A stretch of DNA of 64,000 bases from the NCBI GenBank assembly GCA_037442105.1, contig JBBIQV010000002.1, positions 62,001-126,000 on the forward strand, in the 5' to 3' direction. Positions within the stretch are counted from its first letter, which is position 1; every line of letters begins with the position of its first letter. Position numbers and translations under genes: made by a program. The notes below the pieces were generated by a model. The model was not told where the DNA came from. It saw nothing but the letters and a program-made list of their open reading frames with translations, and made no database searches. The stretch comes from Nitrospiraceae bacterium (GTDB taxonomy: Bacteria; Nitrospirota; Nitrospiria; Nitrospirales; Nitrospiraceae). Below are positions 1 to 10,103 of the stretch, piece by piece.

Positions 1-737
1 TGACGTTTTACCAGGAAATGAGAGACTTCGTGCTTCGCCACGGCGCCATCAATAATTCGTATCTCGCTCGTTTTAAAAAGGGAGACCTCACCGATGAGGA
101 GTTGCAAGAATTCGCAGTCGAATTTTACAACTTCGCCAGGTTTTTCCCGAAAATCCTGGTCTCGCAGCTCGTGAATACTGAGGACGAAGAGGTTGCCGAT
201 GAACTCACCAAGGTCCTCTACTCAGAACTGGGTGATGGACACACCAAAAATCGCCACGAACTCCTCTATCGAGATTTCCTCCGGTCCATCGGAATCGACG
301 TTCACGATGCCTTGACGCGTCCCATGCTTCCCTCAACTCGGGCCTATATCGACGGGATGGAACAACTTTACAGCGACGGTAATCATGCCAAAGCGCTTGG
401 TGCCTCATTCGGTCTGGAAAACATGGCCATCACCATGTGGGAACATCTGATCCCAGGGCTTACATGCCTCAAAACGACTCGCTATACCCGGATGGACACG
501 ACCTATTTCACTTTTCATCGACAACTGGAATCCACTCATGAAGAGGCCATGGAGCACGCGGTGGCTGCGGTGCAGGGTACGACCAACACGGGCATGTCCG
601 ATCAAGAAAAGGATGACTTTCGGGGCGGTGTCAAAGCCGTACTAGACTATCTCGAAGGCTTCTGGATGGGGCTGGAGAAAGCGAAAGGCAGCTCGTTTGC
701 CCTGCCGGCCCATAGCATGTCGCACCCGATTTCTTGA
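1..737 (+). CDS. Heme-oxygenase-like diiron protein (PqqC/TenA/CADD-like); probably starts 1 nt before the window
   Basis: CADD-type metal ligand pattern SELGDGHTKNRH...GLEN...FHRQLESTH. Reading frame is open to the window edge: (a)tg acg ttt tac cag gaa atg. Confidence 0.8.
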   Translation, partial: TFYQEMRDFVLRHGAINNSYLARFKKGDLTDEELQEFAVEFYNFARFFPKILVSQLVNTEDEEVADELTKVLYSELGDGHTKNRHELLYRDFLRSIGIDVHDALTRPMLPSTRAYIDGMEQLYSDGNHAKALGASFGLENMAITMWEHLIPGLTCLKTTRYTRMDTTYFTFHRQLESTHEEAMEHAVAAVQGTTNTGMSDQEKDDFRGGVKAVLDYLEGFWMGLEKAKGSSFALPAHSMSHPIS

Positions 738-790
738 GTGAGGAAAAGGCCTGCGGCGGTGAGCAGGCTCACAAAGCAGCGGGTGCTTGT

Positions 791-2503
791 ATGCAGCGTC
801 CTTGGCTCAGCCGATACGATCCGAATGTTCCACCGAGCTGCCACTATCCCGACTGGACAGTGGCAGATCTCCTACGCCATTCGGCCGAGCGATTTCCCGA
901 TCGACCGGCACTCTATTTCTCCGGGACCACCCTATCCTTCAGACAACTTGACGACCTCAGTACGCGGTTCGCCCACTCGCTGTGTCGCCTCGGGGTTCGA
1001 TCGGGAGAGCGGGTGGCGCTCATGCTGCCCAACTTGCCTCAGACCGTCATCGCCTATTGGGGCGCGCTGAAAGCAGGCGCCATCGTCGTCCACACCAATC
1101 CGCTCTATGTCCCGCGCGAGATCGAAACCCAACTGGTCGATTCCCGCAGCGACACCCTGGTGGCGCTGGATCTGTTCTACCCTCGCCTTCAGGCAGTCCG
1201 GGAACATGTCTCGTTGCCCAAGCGCGTCATCGTGACGAGCGTCAGGGATTTTCTCCCGCCGTTGAAGCGGTTTCTCTATCCCTTTAGAGCCAGACTGACC
1301 AACCGGTGGATCCGAATTCCGAAGGACGCTTCGACCTTCTGGTTTCTGGATCTGTTGAATGCAGAAACAGGAACTGGGGATGGTGAGTCCGCCCGGCTTC
1401 CTCACCTGCACCCTGACGATCTCGCGCAGCTCCAGTACACCGGCGGCACCACCGGCACACCCAAGGGAGCGATGCTCACCCATCGGAACGTGGTCACTAA
1501 CGCCTTCCAGGGACGGTATTGGGTATCGGATTTTCAAGAGGGCCGCGAGGTATTTCTGGGCGTCATTCCTTTCTTCCACGCGTACGGGCTCAGCAGTTGT
1601 CAAAACCTAGCCATACTCACGGGGTCGTTGCTGGTTCTCCTGCCCAAGTTTCAGGTCGAAGCGGCGCTGCGGGCGATCGAAAAACACCGGGTTACGATCT
1701 TTCCCGCGGTCCCCATGATGCTGTCGATGCTCGCGACCTACCCCGAAGCGCACCGGTATGATTTCCAGTCGTTGCGTATTTGCATGAGCGGGGGCAGCGC
1801 GCTCCACGCCGAGATCCAAGATCGGTTTGAGCGGCTCACCGGCGTAAGAGTAGCCGAAGGCTACGGCCTCACCGAAGCCGGTCCGGTCACCCACTGCAAC
1901 CCGATTTACGGTGATCATCCCTCCGGTTCCATGGGAATTCCGTTCCCGAATACGGATGCCCGGATCGTGGATCTCGACACAGGAGTGCGTGAGATGCCTA
2001 TCGGCGAACTCGGTGAACTGGCCGTCCGAGGGCCGCAGATCATGCGCGGATATTGGAACAACGAGCCGGAAACCAAGACCATGCTGCGTGATGGCTGGCT
2101 CTACACCGGAGACATCGCACGCCAGGACGATCGGGGCTACTTCTATGTGGTGGACCGGAAGAAGGACATCATCAAAACGAGAGGGGAGAACGTCTACCCG
2201 CGGGAAGTCGAGGAGATTCTGCTCCAGCATCCGTCGGTGAGCGACGCCGTGGTCGTTGGCCTCCCGCACCCTCTCTATGGCGAGGCGGTCAAGGCCTATG
2301 TCGTGCCGAAAGCCGGGGCGCGGGCGACCGAACAAGACCTGATCGCGCACTGTAACGGTTCGCTGGCCCGATTCAAGGTGCCCGCGTCGATTGAGTTCCG
2401 CAGCGAGTTGCCGCGGTCGTTCGTGGGCAAGGTTCTGCGAAGGACGCTGCGCGACGAGGCCGTGGCCGCCGGCGATCCGCACCTCCACCGCAAGGCCGGG
2501 TAA
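791..2503 (+). CDS. fadD: Long-chain-fatty-acid--CoA ligase
   Basis: AMP-binding motifs [21 protein letters not shown] and GKVLRR; typical N-terminus RPWLSRY. Alternative TTG start at 734. Confidence 0.92.
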   Translation: MQRPWLSRYDPNVPPSCHYPDWTVADLLRHSAERFPDRPALYFSGTTLSFRQLDDLSTRFAHSLCRLGVRSGERVALMLPNLPQTVIAYWGALKAGAIVVHTNPLYVPREIETQLVDSRSDTLVALDLFYPRLQAVREHVSLPKRVIVTSVRDFLPPLKRFLYPFRARLTNRWIRIPKDASTFWFLDLLNAETGTGDGESARLPHLHPDDLAQLQYTGGTTGTPKGAMLTHRNVVTNAFQGRYWVSDFQEGREVFLGVIPFFHAYGLSSCQNLAILTGSLLVLLPKFQVEAALRAIEKHRVTIFPAVPMMLSMLATYPEAHRYDFQSLRICMSGGSALHAEIQDRFERLTGVRVAEGYGLTEAGPVTHCNPIYGDHPSGSMGIPFPNTDARIVDLDTGVREMPIGELGELAVRGPQIMRGYWNNEPETKTMLRDGWLYTGDIARQDDRGYFYVVDRKKDIIKTRGENVYPREVEEILLQHPSVSDAVVVGLPHPLYGEAVKAYVVPKAGARATEQDLIAHCNGSLARFKVPASIEFRSELPRSFVGKVLRRTLRDEAVAAGDPHLHRKAG

Positions 2504-2523
2504 CACGCAATGGGCGAGGCGCT

Positions 2524-3723
2524 ATGAAAGAGGTCGTGATCGTGACCGGCGTGCGGACGCCGATCGGGAATTTCGGCGGCGCATTGAGAGATATGCCGGC
2601 CCAGAAACTCGGAGAAATCGTGGTGCGCGAGGCGATTGTGCGGGCCGGCATCGATCCGGCGCTGGTCGACGAGGCGATCGTCGGTTGTGTCGGGCAGTCG
2701 AGCGACGCGTACAACATCGCCCGGGTTATTGCCTTGATGGCGGGGCTGCCGATTCGCACTCCGGCCTATTCGGTGCAGCGCAATTGTTCGTCCGGTCTCC
2801 AACCCTTTGTGAATGCCTATCAGAACATCCAAAGTCAGGACGCCGATGTCCAAATCGTGGGCGGGGTGGAGAGCATGAGCCGGGCGCCGTACCTGTCGCG
2901 CGATATGCGATGGGGAAAACGACTACGGCACGCGGAGTTCATCGACAGCATCTGGGAGGGGCTCACCGACGCCTTCTGCGGCCAGCTCATGGGCCGGACT
3001 GCCGAAAATGTGGCTGAGGAGTTCGGCATCACACGAACGGAGCAGGACCACTTTGCGGTGGAGAGTCATCGCAAAGCATCCCAGGCCATTCATGACGGAC
3101 GGCTCAAGGAGGAGATTTTGCCGGTCACCATTTCGAAATCAGGGCACGGTCGGGCCGTGGCTCCCGTTGTGGTGAGCCAAGACGAAGGGCCCAATCTCGG
3201 CCTGACCGAAGAGCAATTGGCCTTCTATCCACCGCTCTTTAAGGAAGGTGGGACGGTCACGGCGGGAAACAGTTGCCCCCTCAATGATGGAGCCGCAGCC
3301 GCGCTCGTCATGTCGGCAGCGCGGGCGCGCGACCTCGGGCTTTCTCCCCTCGGTCGCATCCGGAGCTACGCGTTTGTCGGAGTCGAGCCGACTCGCATGG
3401 GCATCGGGCCGGTGGAGGCGCTGCCTTTGGCGCTTAAACGGGCCGGCATCGGTTTGGCCGATTTGGAATTGATCGAAGTGAATGAAGCGTTTGCCGCTCA
3501 GTATCTCGCCGTCGAGCGACTGCTGGGACTCAAACGAGAAATCGTCAACGTGAATGGCGGGGCGATCGCGCTGGGCCATCCCGTCGGCATGACCGGAACC
3601 CGACTGGTCATAACGCTCTTGTACGAGATGCGGCGGCGCGGCGCCGCCCTTGGTGCGGTGACGATGTGCGTGGGGGGCGGACAAGGGGCGGCGATGGTCG
3701 TTGAGAGCCGAAATGAAAAATGA
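2524..3723 (+). CDS. Acetyl-CoA C-acyltransferase (thiolase)
   Basis: RTPIG, catalytic NCSSG, NEAF, GHPVG and CVGGGQG motifs all intact. Confidence 0.95.
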   Translation: MKEVVIVTGVRTPIGNFGGALRDMPAQKLGEIVVREAIVRAGIDPALVDEAIVGCVGQSSDAYNIARVIALMAGLPIRTPAYSVQRNCSSGLQPFVNAYQNIQSQDADVQIVGGVESMSRAPYLSRDMRWGKRLRHAEFIDSIWEGLTDAFCGQLMGRTAENVAEEFGITRTEQDHFAVESHRKASQAIHDGRLKEEILPVTISKSGHGRAVAPVVVSQDEGPNLGLTEEQLAFYPPLFKEGGTVTAGNSCPLNDGAAAALVMSAARARDLGLSPLGRIRSYAFVGVEPTRMGIGPVEALPLALKRAGIGLADLELIEVNEAFAAQYLAVERLLGLKREIVNVNGGAIALGHPVGMTGTRLVITLLYEMRRRGAALGAVTMCVGGGQGAAMVVESRNEK

Positions 3724-3797
3724 AAAAGGCAAAATGAAAAATTGGCAGCGTGCGGAAGTCTCTTCCGTTTTACATTTTTCATTTTGAATTTTGCATT
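3711..3797. repeat. Heptamer-unit hairpin, family A (AAATGAA-like)
   Basis: aaatgaa aaatgaa aaaggca aaatgaa aaattgg ... ttttaca tttttca ttttgaa ttttgca; similar element at 48231-48311. Confidence 0.85.
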
Positions 3798-3799
3798 CC

Positions 3800-5032
3800 A
3801 TGAAGCTGGACGACATTAAAACCGTCGGCATTGTCGGCGCCGGTACGATGGGCTCGCAGATCGCTGAGGTGATCAGCTTTGCCGGAGTGCCGGTTGTCTT
3901 GACTGATCTTACTGAGATGTTGGCAAGGCGAGGCATCGAGTCCGTGCGCGCGATCTATCAAGCTCGCGTGGATAAAGGCAAGATGACCTCTGTGCAGCTT
4001 GAGGAAAAGATGTCGCTCGTGTCCGTTGGGTCCGGCCTCGAAAGCCTCAATCAGGTGGATCTGGCGATTGAGGCGGTTCCGGAAGATCTGAAACTCAAGA
4101 AACAAATTTTTCATGAGCTGGACCAGGCTTGTTCACGAGGAGCCATCTTGGCGAGCAACACATCTGCACTCTCAATCTCGTCGCTCGGAGCCGCTACGAA
4201 GCGACCCGGCAAGGTTCTGGGTGTGCACTTTTTCAATCCAGCCTATGCGATGCCGCTGGTCGAGGTGATCCCCGGACTGGCGACCGATCCTCAGACGATC
4301 GACGACGTCGTGAGTTTCGTGGAAAGTATCAGGAAAATGCCGATCGTGGTGAAGGAATGCGCGGGCTTCCTTGTCAACCGACTGCTGATGTCTTACCTCA
4401 ATGAGGCGATTGTGTGCCTCCAGGAAGGTGCCGCTTCGGTCACGGAGATCGATCAGGAAATGGTGTCCTTCGGGATGCCGGTCGGACCATTCACTCTGTT
4501 GGATACTATCGGACTGGACATCGCACTGGAGGTCGCACGCACTCTGCACCGACACTACGGGCTTCGGATGACGCCTGTCCCATTGCTTGTGGCTTTAGTC
4601 AGGGCGGGACGGTTGGGAGTCAAAACCGGCCACGGGTTTTATGACTATCTCAGCGATGAAGACCGAGGGCGCAATCAAAGCCTCGCTCATCTGATCCAGC
4701 GGGTCAGGCAGGAGACAGGGCAGCAGCAAACACGGTGGACCAGGTCGCGTCTTCTGCTGGCCATGGTGAATGAGGCGGTGATGGCGCTGCAGGAGGGTGT
4801 GGCTTGCGCACGGGATATCGACCTTGCGATGGTGGGAGGCACGGGCTTTCCCAAAGAAAAAGAAGGTCCCCTCCATTTTGCAGACCGGCTTGGCATCGAC
4901 CGGGTTCTGCACGAGCTTGAAGACTTTACCGAGACGCTCGGCCCGCGCTTCTGGCCCGCGCCGATGTTACGCAGGATGGTCGATGCCGGATTCACCGGAC
5001 AAATTGTCGGGCGGGGGTTCTTCACGTATTGA
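3800..5032 (+). CDS. 3-hydroxyacyl-CoA dehydrogenase with duplicated C-terminal domain
   Basis: GAGTMG Rossmann motif, [22 protein letters not shown]; second C-terminal repeat (VNEA...[12 protein letters not shown]). Confidence 0.92.
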   Translation: MKLDDIKTVGIVGAGTMGSQIAEVISFAGVPVVLTDLTEMLARRGIESVRAIYQARVDKGKMTSVQLEEKMSLVSVGSGLESLNQVDLAIEAVPEDLKLKKQIFHELDQACSRGAILASNTSALSISSLGAATKRPGKVLGVHFFNPAYAMPLVEVIPGLATDPQTIDDVVSFVESIRKMPIVVKECAGFLVNRLLMSYLNEAIVCLQEGAASVTEIDQEMVSFGMPVGPFTLLDTIGLDIALEVARTLHRHYGLRMTPVPLLVALVRAGRLGVKTGHGFYDYLSDEDRGRNQSLAHLIQRVRQETGQQQTRWTRSRLLLAMVNEAVMALQEGVACARDIDLAMVGGTGFPKEKEGPLHFADRLGIDRVLHELEDFTETLGPRFWPAPMLRRMVDAGFTGQIVGRGFFTY

Positions 5033-5053
5033 TGCAACAGAGGGAGACAGATC

Positions 5054-5839
5054 ATGACGGCGATCACGGCCATGCTCTCGCGTACGGTAGCGGAAGGTGT
5101 CGCGACAGTGACGCTCAACCATCCGCCGGTCAACGCCCTGACACCTGAACTGCTCGCCGAGCTGGAAAGCGTCCTCGATGTACTCGCTACCGATGACGCG
5201 GTCAAGGCCGTGATCTTCACCGGCATGGACCGTTACTTCATCGCCGGAGCGGACATTCGCGTGCTGGCCGCCATTCCCTCATCGCGAGAGGGGGAAGAGA
5301 TGGCTCTTCGAGGCCAAGCGATTCTCAATAAGATCGAAGCCTTCGACAAACCGGTCATCGCCGCCATCAACGGGGCTTGTCTCGGCGGAGGGTTGGAGCT
5401 GGCCATGTGCTGCCACATCAGGCTTGCAGCGGAAGAAGCCAGGCTTGGCCAGCCCGAGATCAACTTGGGTATCATGCCGGGATTCGGCGGCACGCAGCGG
5501 CTGCCCCGCCTTATCGGTCGATCGAAAGCAACCGAACTGATTTTGACCGGCGATCCCATCTCGGCACAGGAAGCGAAGACGTTGGGGTTAGTATCGGAGG
5601 TGGTTCCGGCGGAAGACCTGCTCCGCCAGGCACAAGGGTTGGCGCGCAAGATCGCATCCAAAGGGCAGGTGTCTGTGCGGGCTGCGCTCCGGGCGATCCG
5701 TGGGGGCGCAGAGCTGGACCTTCGCGACGGCTTGGTCTCGGAAGCGCGTCTGTTTGGAATGCTCTGCGACACCGAGGACCGGAAAGAAGGACTGACCGCC
5801 TTCCTGGAAAAACGGCAGCCACGGTTCAAAGACTGTTGA
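5054..5839 (+). CDS. Enoyl-CoA hydratase/isomerase (crotonase)
   Basis: FIAGADI, GGGLELA, PEINLGIMPGFGGTQRLPRLIG. Confidence 0.93.
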   Translation: MTAITAMLSRTVAEGVATVTLNHPPVNALTPELLAELESVLDVLATDDAVKAVIFTGMDRYFIAGADIRVLAAIPSSREGEEMALRGQAILNKIEAFDKPVIAAINGACLGGGLELAMCCHIRLAAEEARLGQPEINLGIMPGFGGTQRLPRLIGRSKATELILTGDPISAQEAKTLGLVSEVVPAEDLLRQAQGLARKIASKGQVSVRAALRAIRGGAELDLRDGLVSEARLFGMLCDTEDRKEGLTAFLEKRQPRFKDC

Positions 5840-5918
5840 CGAGGCAGCAGCGAGATGCAGCGGCTGGTAACCGCAGTGATCCGTTCATGTAGGCAATTTC
5901 ATTATGAGGTGCTGAGCC

Positions 5919-6341
5919 ATGTCGAGACCGATCGCATCGAAAATCATCCGAAGAGTGGCGATGGTTGATGAGAGCCGGTCCGCGTTGGAGGCGGCCGGGA
6001 TCATGACGGAGGAATTCATCGGTTCCGTGGTCGTCACCCGCGCGTCCAAAGTGGTCGGCATTTTCACGGAGCGTGATCTCATGATGCGGGTGATCGGGAA
6101 ACGGAAAGACCCGGAGCGGGTCAAGATCAAAGACGTCATGACGGACGACCTGGTCACCGTCAGCTCTTCGGATACCGCTCGCCATTGTCTGGACCTGATG
6201 AAAGAATTCCGATGCCGCCATCTGCTGGTGTTTGACGGAAATGAGTTCGTAGGCATCGTGTCGCTCCGGGACATGGTGACCCTTCTGCTCGACGAGAAGG
6301 AGGAGATGATTGCGCATCTGGAGAGATACATTGCCTCTTGA
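5919..6341 (+). CDS. CBS-domain protein
   Basis: Tandem CBS motifs VVGIFTERD and FVGIVSLRD. Confidence 0.88.
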   Translation: MSRPIASKIIRRVAMVDESRSALEAAGIMTEEFIGSVVVTRASKVVGIFTERDLMMRVIGKRKDPERVKIKDVMTDDLVTVSSSDTARHCLDLMKEFRCRHLLVFDGNEFVGIVSLRDMVTLLLDEKEEMIAHLERYIAS

Positions 6342-6374
6342 ACTCCCTGTGTTCTCGGAACGAGGGCCGGAAAC

Positions 6375-7601
6375 ATGAACGAGCATCGACGTTCGTCGAG
6401 AGTCGCGCTGGCGTTAGGCGGAGGAGGATTCACGGGTTACCTCTTTGAAGTCGGCGCCATGACGGCCTTGGATGATCTTCTAGGCCGGCCGTTCACCATG
6501 AACGATTTCGATTTGTACGTCGGGGTGAGCGCCGGCTCGGCTGCGGCTGCTCTGCTCGCCCATGGCGTGAAGCCGGAGGAGATCCTCGAGACGAATCTCT
6601 CCGGTAAACGGCCTTACTACTTTGAGCATCGAGACATCTTCCGTCCTGCGATCGGTGAGGGGCTGAAAACGATCTGGCGCGCGGCCGGACAACTCGTTCC
6701 CCTATTCAAACTGTATGCGCGCCACTATCAGGAGATGACCCTCATCGATCTGCTCGACAAAGCTCAGGACGCCCTCCCCAGCGGGATCTATACGCTTGAA
6801 CCCTTCGCCAGATATTTGGAAGCGACCTTCAAAGCCAGGGGGTTTTCGAACGTCTTCCTCGACCTTCCCCGGGAGCTCTACATTCCCGCGATCGATCTTG
6901 AAACCGGGGAAAACGTGATCTTCGGCGACGAGGGCTGGCGTGAGGTACCGATCTCCCGAGCCGTGACGGCCTCGTCTGCGGCTCCCATTTACTTCTGCCC
7001 CGTCCGAATCAAGGGGCGCGATTACATCGATGCCGGCATCGGACGTCTCGCCTTTTTCGAGGTGGCGATCACGAAGCGTGTCGATTTCATGGTCCTGGTC
7101 AATCCGATGGTCCGAGTCCGGCTCGCCCCGTCTCCAGAGCGCCAATCGGCTTACGTCGAGCGGGAATTCCATCTGCGGGATAGGGGGTTCCTGTCTATCG
7201 GCGAGCAGGCCTCCCGCATCAACTTTGACGCGCGCTTTTCCCAAGCCCTGAAGTTGTTCCACCACGACTATCCAGGCAAAGAGCTGTTGGTGATTACGCC
7301 GACCCCCAACGATGCGCTCCTGTTTGAACGGAGTTTTCTGAGTTACCGCGACCGCGTGCATCTCCTCCGAGCCGGGTATTTGTCGGTTGTGACGTTGGTG
7401 AGAGACCGGTTCGACGAACTTCGCACGCAGTTCGGGCGCTATGGCATTCCTATTTCACCTGCCGGGTACGAGGAGCGCATGAGGCAACGTCTCGCGCAGC
7501 TTGATCAAGTCGCGGCGGCCTCTGCCCCGCGGCAACATCCGGCCAGGACTGAACCGCTGAGAGTTGGACGGGCCGGCGCTGCCTGGCGCAAGGCAGACTG
7601 A
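6375..7601 (+). CDS. Patatin-like phospholipase/esterase
   Basis: LALGGGGFTG oxyanion motif, GVSAG nucleophile elbow, YIDAG (variant of DGG). Confidence 0.88.
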   Translation: MNEHRRSSRVALALGGGGFTGYLFEVGAMTALDDLLGRPFTMNDFDLYVGVSAGSAAAALLAHGVKPEEILETNLSGKRPYYFEHRDIFRPAIGEGLKTIWRAAGQLVPLFKLYARHYQEMTLIDLLDKAQDALPSGIYTLEPFARYLEATFKARGFSNVFLDLPRELYIPAIDLETGENVIFGDEGWREVPISRAVTASSAAPIYFCPVRIKGRDYIDAGIGRLAFFEVAITKRVDFMVLVNPMVRVRLAPSPERQSAYVEREFHLRDRGFLSIGEQASRINFDARFSQALKLFHHDYPGKELLVITPTPNDALLFERSFLSYRDRVHLLRAGYLSVVTLVRDRFDELRTQFGRYGIPISPAGYEERMRQRLAQLDQVAAASAPRQHPARTEPLRVGRAGAAWRKAD

Positions 7602-7691
7602 AATCGCCGGTGATAGCGTTGCTCCACTGGCTGATAGATGGACAGAGGAATTATTGTTACCAGGATGCACAATCGTTGATCTGATGGGGGC

Positions 7692-8657
7692 GTGATGTCG
7701 GAAATTGCCGGTTATGTCGAGGCCGTGAAGGATCGGTACAATCTCAGTAGCGATTATGCCTTGGCTGCGAAGCTGGGGATTGCCCAACCGGAGGCCAATC
7801 TCATGCGGCGCGGCCTCAAAATCCCGAAGCCCGAGGTGTGCATCAAAATCGCCAAGCTCCTCGACAAGAATCCGGTCGAACTCCTCCTCATCGCGCAAAA
7901 AGACAAAGCTCCCGCCGCGGCCAAAGAATACTGGACTCTGGCGCTGACGGCCGTCGACGTCATGCTTCATGTTCCGAAGAGTCCCAAATACATCCCGCGC
8001 AAGGTGGAGGCCATTGGTCGGGAACTTCGCCAGCTTGAGACGCAGACCTTGACCTATGAAGGGGCGGCGGCGAACGCCGAGGCGGTTCGGCTCGTCGAGA
8101 CAGCGGAACATTCCATCGACGCCATTATGGAGCGCTGGAACATCTGGAAAAGGGGTGAGGCGCTGTATCCGAATTATCTCTTAGCCAACCAGGCCGCCGC
8201 CAAGCGCGGGGTGACGATCCGCCGCCTGTTGGTCTTGACCAAGGCGCTAATGCAGCAGGACACTCTGATCGGCGACGCGATTCAGATCATGGACGATCAG
8301 CAGCGGGCGGGCATCAAGATTTTCTATGCCTTTCGCGAGGAGCTTGAACGATCGCCCACGTTTCGGCGCTTCGAAGAAGATTACAAGAAGCAAGGAGCAG
8401 CGCCGGACATCAATGCCGCCATGTTCGACGGCGAAATTCTGATCTTCTCTCAGTCCTACGGCCAGGCCCAGCTTGGCGTGATCGGGACCCCGACGCCGAT
8501 CACCATGATCAATCAATTGGAAATCACCTGGAAGCCGGATCTCATCCGCGATCTCAACCCGGCTCCGCTGTTCGACATGACCCGATATGTGTTCGAATAT
8601 GGAGGCCCGCCGGCCTTCAAAATGGAATTGGCGCGGTTCAAGAGGTCGGTCGCATGA
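7692..8657 (+). CDS. HTH (Xre/phage-repressor-like) protein with a large C-terminal domain of unknown function
   Basis: N-terminal SDYALAAKLGIAQPEANLMRRG...CIKIAKLLDKNPVELL resembles phage Xre-type HTH domains; ATGA overlap with tnaA. Confidence 0.7.
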   Translation: MMSEIAGYVEAVKDRYNLSSDYALAAKLGIAQPEANLMRRGLKIPKPEVCIKIAKLLDKNPVELLLIAQKDKAPAAAKEYWTLALTAVDVMLHVPKSPKYIPRKVEAIGRELRQLETQTLTYEGAAANAEAVRLVETAEHSIDAIMERWNIWKRGEALYPNYLLANQAAAKRGVTIRRLLVLTKALMQQDTLIGDAIQIMDDQQRAGIKIFYAFREELERSPTFRRFEEDYKKQGAAPDINAAMFDGEILIFSQSYGQAQLGVIGTPTPITMINQLEITWKPDLIRDLNPAPLFDMTRYVFEYGGPPAFKMELARFKRSVA

Positions 8658-10042
8658 AATTCCCGTCCGAGCCGTTCAAGATCAAAGTGGTGGAGCCGAT
8701 CCGCCGCACCACTCGCGAGGAACGGGATCGTCTGCTGCGCGACGCGGGGTATAACCTGTTTCACGTTTCGGCGGAGAGCGTCTATGTGGATCTGCTGACC
8801 GACAGCGGCACATCCGCCATGAGCGATAATCAATGGGCCGGCCTTATGCTCGGCGATGAATCATATGCCGGCAGCAAGAATTACTATCATTTTGAAGAGA
8901 CCGTGCGCTCCATCTTCGGCTACAAGGAAGTGATTCCCACTCACCAGGGCCGCATGGCGGAGAACCTCCTGTTTTCAACCGTCGTCAAGCCGGGCATGTG
9001 TGTGCCGAACAATATTCATTTCGACACGACGCGCGCCAACGTCGAGCACCAGGGCGCGGAAGCGCTCGACGTCGTCATCAAGGAGGCCTACGATCCTCAC
9101 TGCGAATTGCCGTTCAAGGGCAACATGGATCTGGTCCGATTGGAGGAGACGATCAATCGAGTCGGGCGGGACCGGATTCCACTGGTGATGATGACGATCA
9201 CGAACAACAGCGGCGGCGGACAACCGGTGTCGATGGGCAACATCCGCCAAACTCGCGCGCTGCTCACCCGCTACGGCATTCCTCTCTTTTTCGATGCCTG
9301 CCGGTTCGCGGAAAACTGCTTTTTCATCAAAGAACGCGAGCCCGGGTATGCCGACAAGTCGATCCTCGACATCGCGCGGGAGCTATTCAGTTACGGCGAC
9401 GGTTGCACGATGTCCGCCAAGAAGGACGGGCTGGTCAACATCGGCGGGTTCCTCAGCCTCAACAATCATCAGTGGGCTCAGGACATTACCAACATGCTCA
9501 TCCTGGTCGAAGGGTTTCCTACCTATGGCGGTTTGGCGGGTCGCGACCTCGAAGCGATGGCCAGGGGACTGCGGGAAGTCCTCGATGAAGACTATCTCAG
9601 TTTCCGTATCGGACAGGTGCGCTTCCTGGGCGAGTTGCTCGATCAGGCCGGCGTGCCCATTCTCAAGCCGGTCGGCGGCCATGCCGTGTATCTCAACGCA
9701 AAAGAGTTTCTCCCGCATATTCCACAAGATCATTTCCCCGCCCAATCCTTGGCCGTCGCCCTCTATCGAGACTACGGCATCAGGGGAGTGGAAATCGGCA
9801 CGGTGATGTTCGGGAAAACGGATTCCTCGACCGGTCGAACGATCCATCCTGAGCTCGAGCTCGTGCGCCTGGCCATTCCGCGCCGGGTCTATACGAACAT
9901 GCAGATTACGTATGTCGCCGAATCGATCATCGAGCTGCATCGGCGGCGCGAAGTCGTTCAGGGTCTCGCGCTCACCTACGAGGCGCCCATGCTCCGCCAC
10001 TTTACCGCGCGTTTTGAGGAACTCGCCCCGGTCAAGAAGTAG
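8654..10042 (+). CDS. tnaA: Tryptophanase (tryptophan indole-lyase)
   Basis: Beta-eliminating lyase motifs DLLTDSGT, THQGR and SAKKD (PLP lysine). Specificity residues FDTT, VEIG and LRHFT are the tryptophanase type, not the TPL type (FTTT, MERG, LRFFT). Confidence 0.9.
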   Translation: MKFPSEPFKIKVVEPIRRTTREERDRLLRDAGYNLFHVSAESVYVDLLTDSGTSAMSDNQWAGLMLGDESYAGSKNYYHFEETVRSIFGYKEVIPTHQGRMAENLLFSTVVKPGMCVPNNIHFDTTRANVEHQGAEALDVVIKEAYDPHCELPFKGNMDLVRLEETINRVGRDRIPLVMMTITNNSGGGQPVSMGNIRQTRALLTRYGIPLFFDACRFAENCFFIKEREPGYADKSILDIARELFSYGDGCTMSAKKDGLVNIGGFLSLNNHQWAQDITNMLILVEGFPTYGGLAGRDLEAMARGLREVLDEDYLSFRIGQVRFLGELLDQAGVPILKPVGGHAVYLNAKEFLPHIPQDHFPAQSLAVALYRDYGIRGVEIGTVMFGKTDSSTGRTIHPELELVRLAIPRRVYTNMQITYVAESIIELHRRREVVQGLALTYEAPMLRHFTARFEELAPVKK

Positions 10043-10103
10043 GCTGCGAGGGCAACGAGGGCTTTTCGTGGCCGCGCGTTGCGCATGGCACGTCTCGACT
10101 CGG

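Noticed and set aside
7692..7930. Prophage or inovirus around the phage-like HTH
   Set aside because: No Zot ATPase, replication, coat or integrase genes nearby; flanks are metabolic.
8654..10042. Tyrosine phenol-lyase (tpl)
   Set aside because: Specificity positions are Asp (FDTT), Ile (VEIG) and His (LRHFT), as in tryptophanase.
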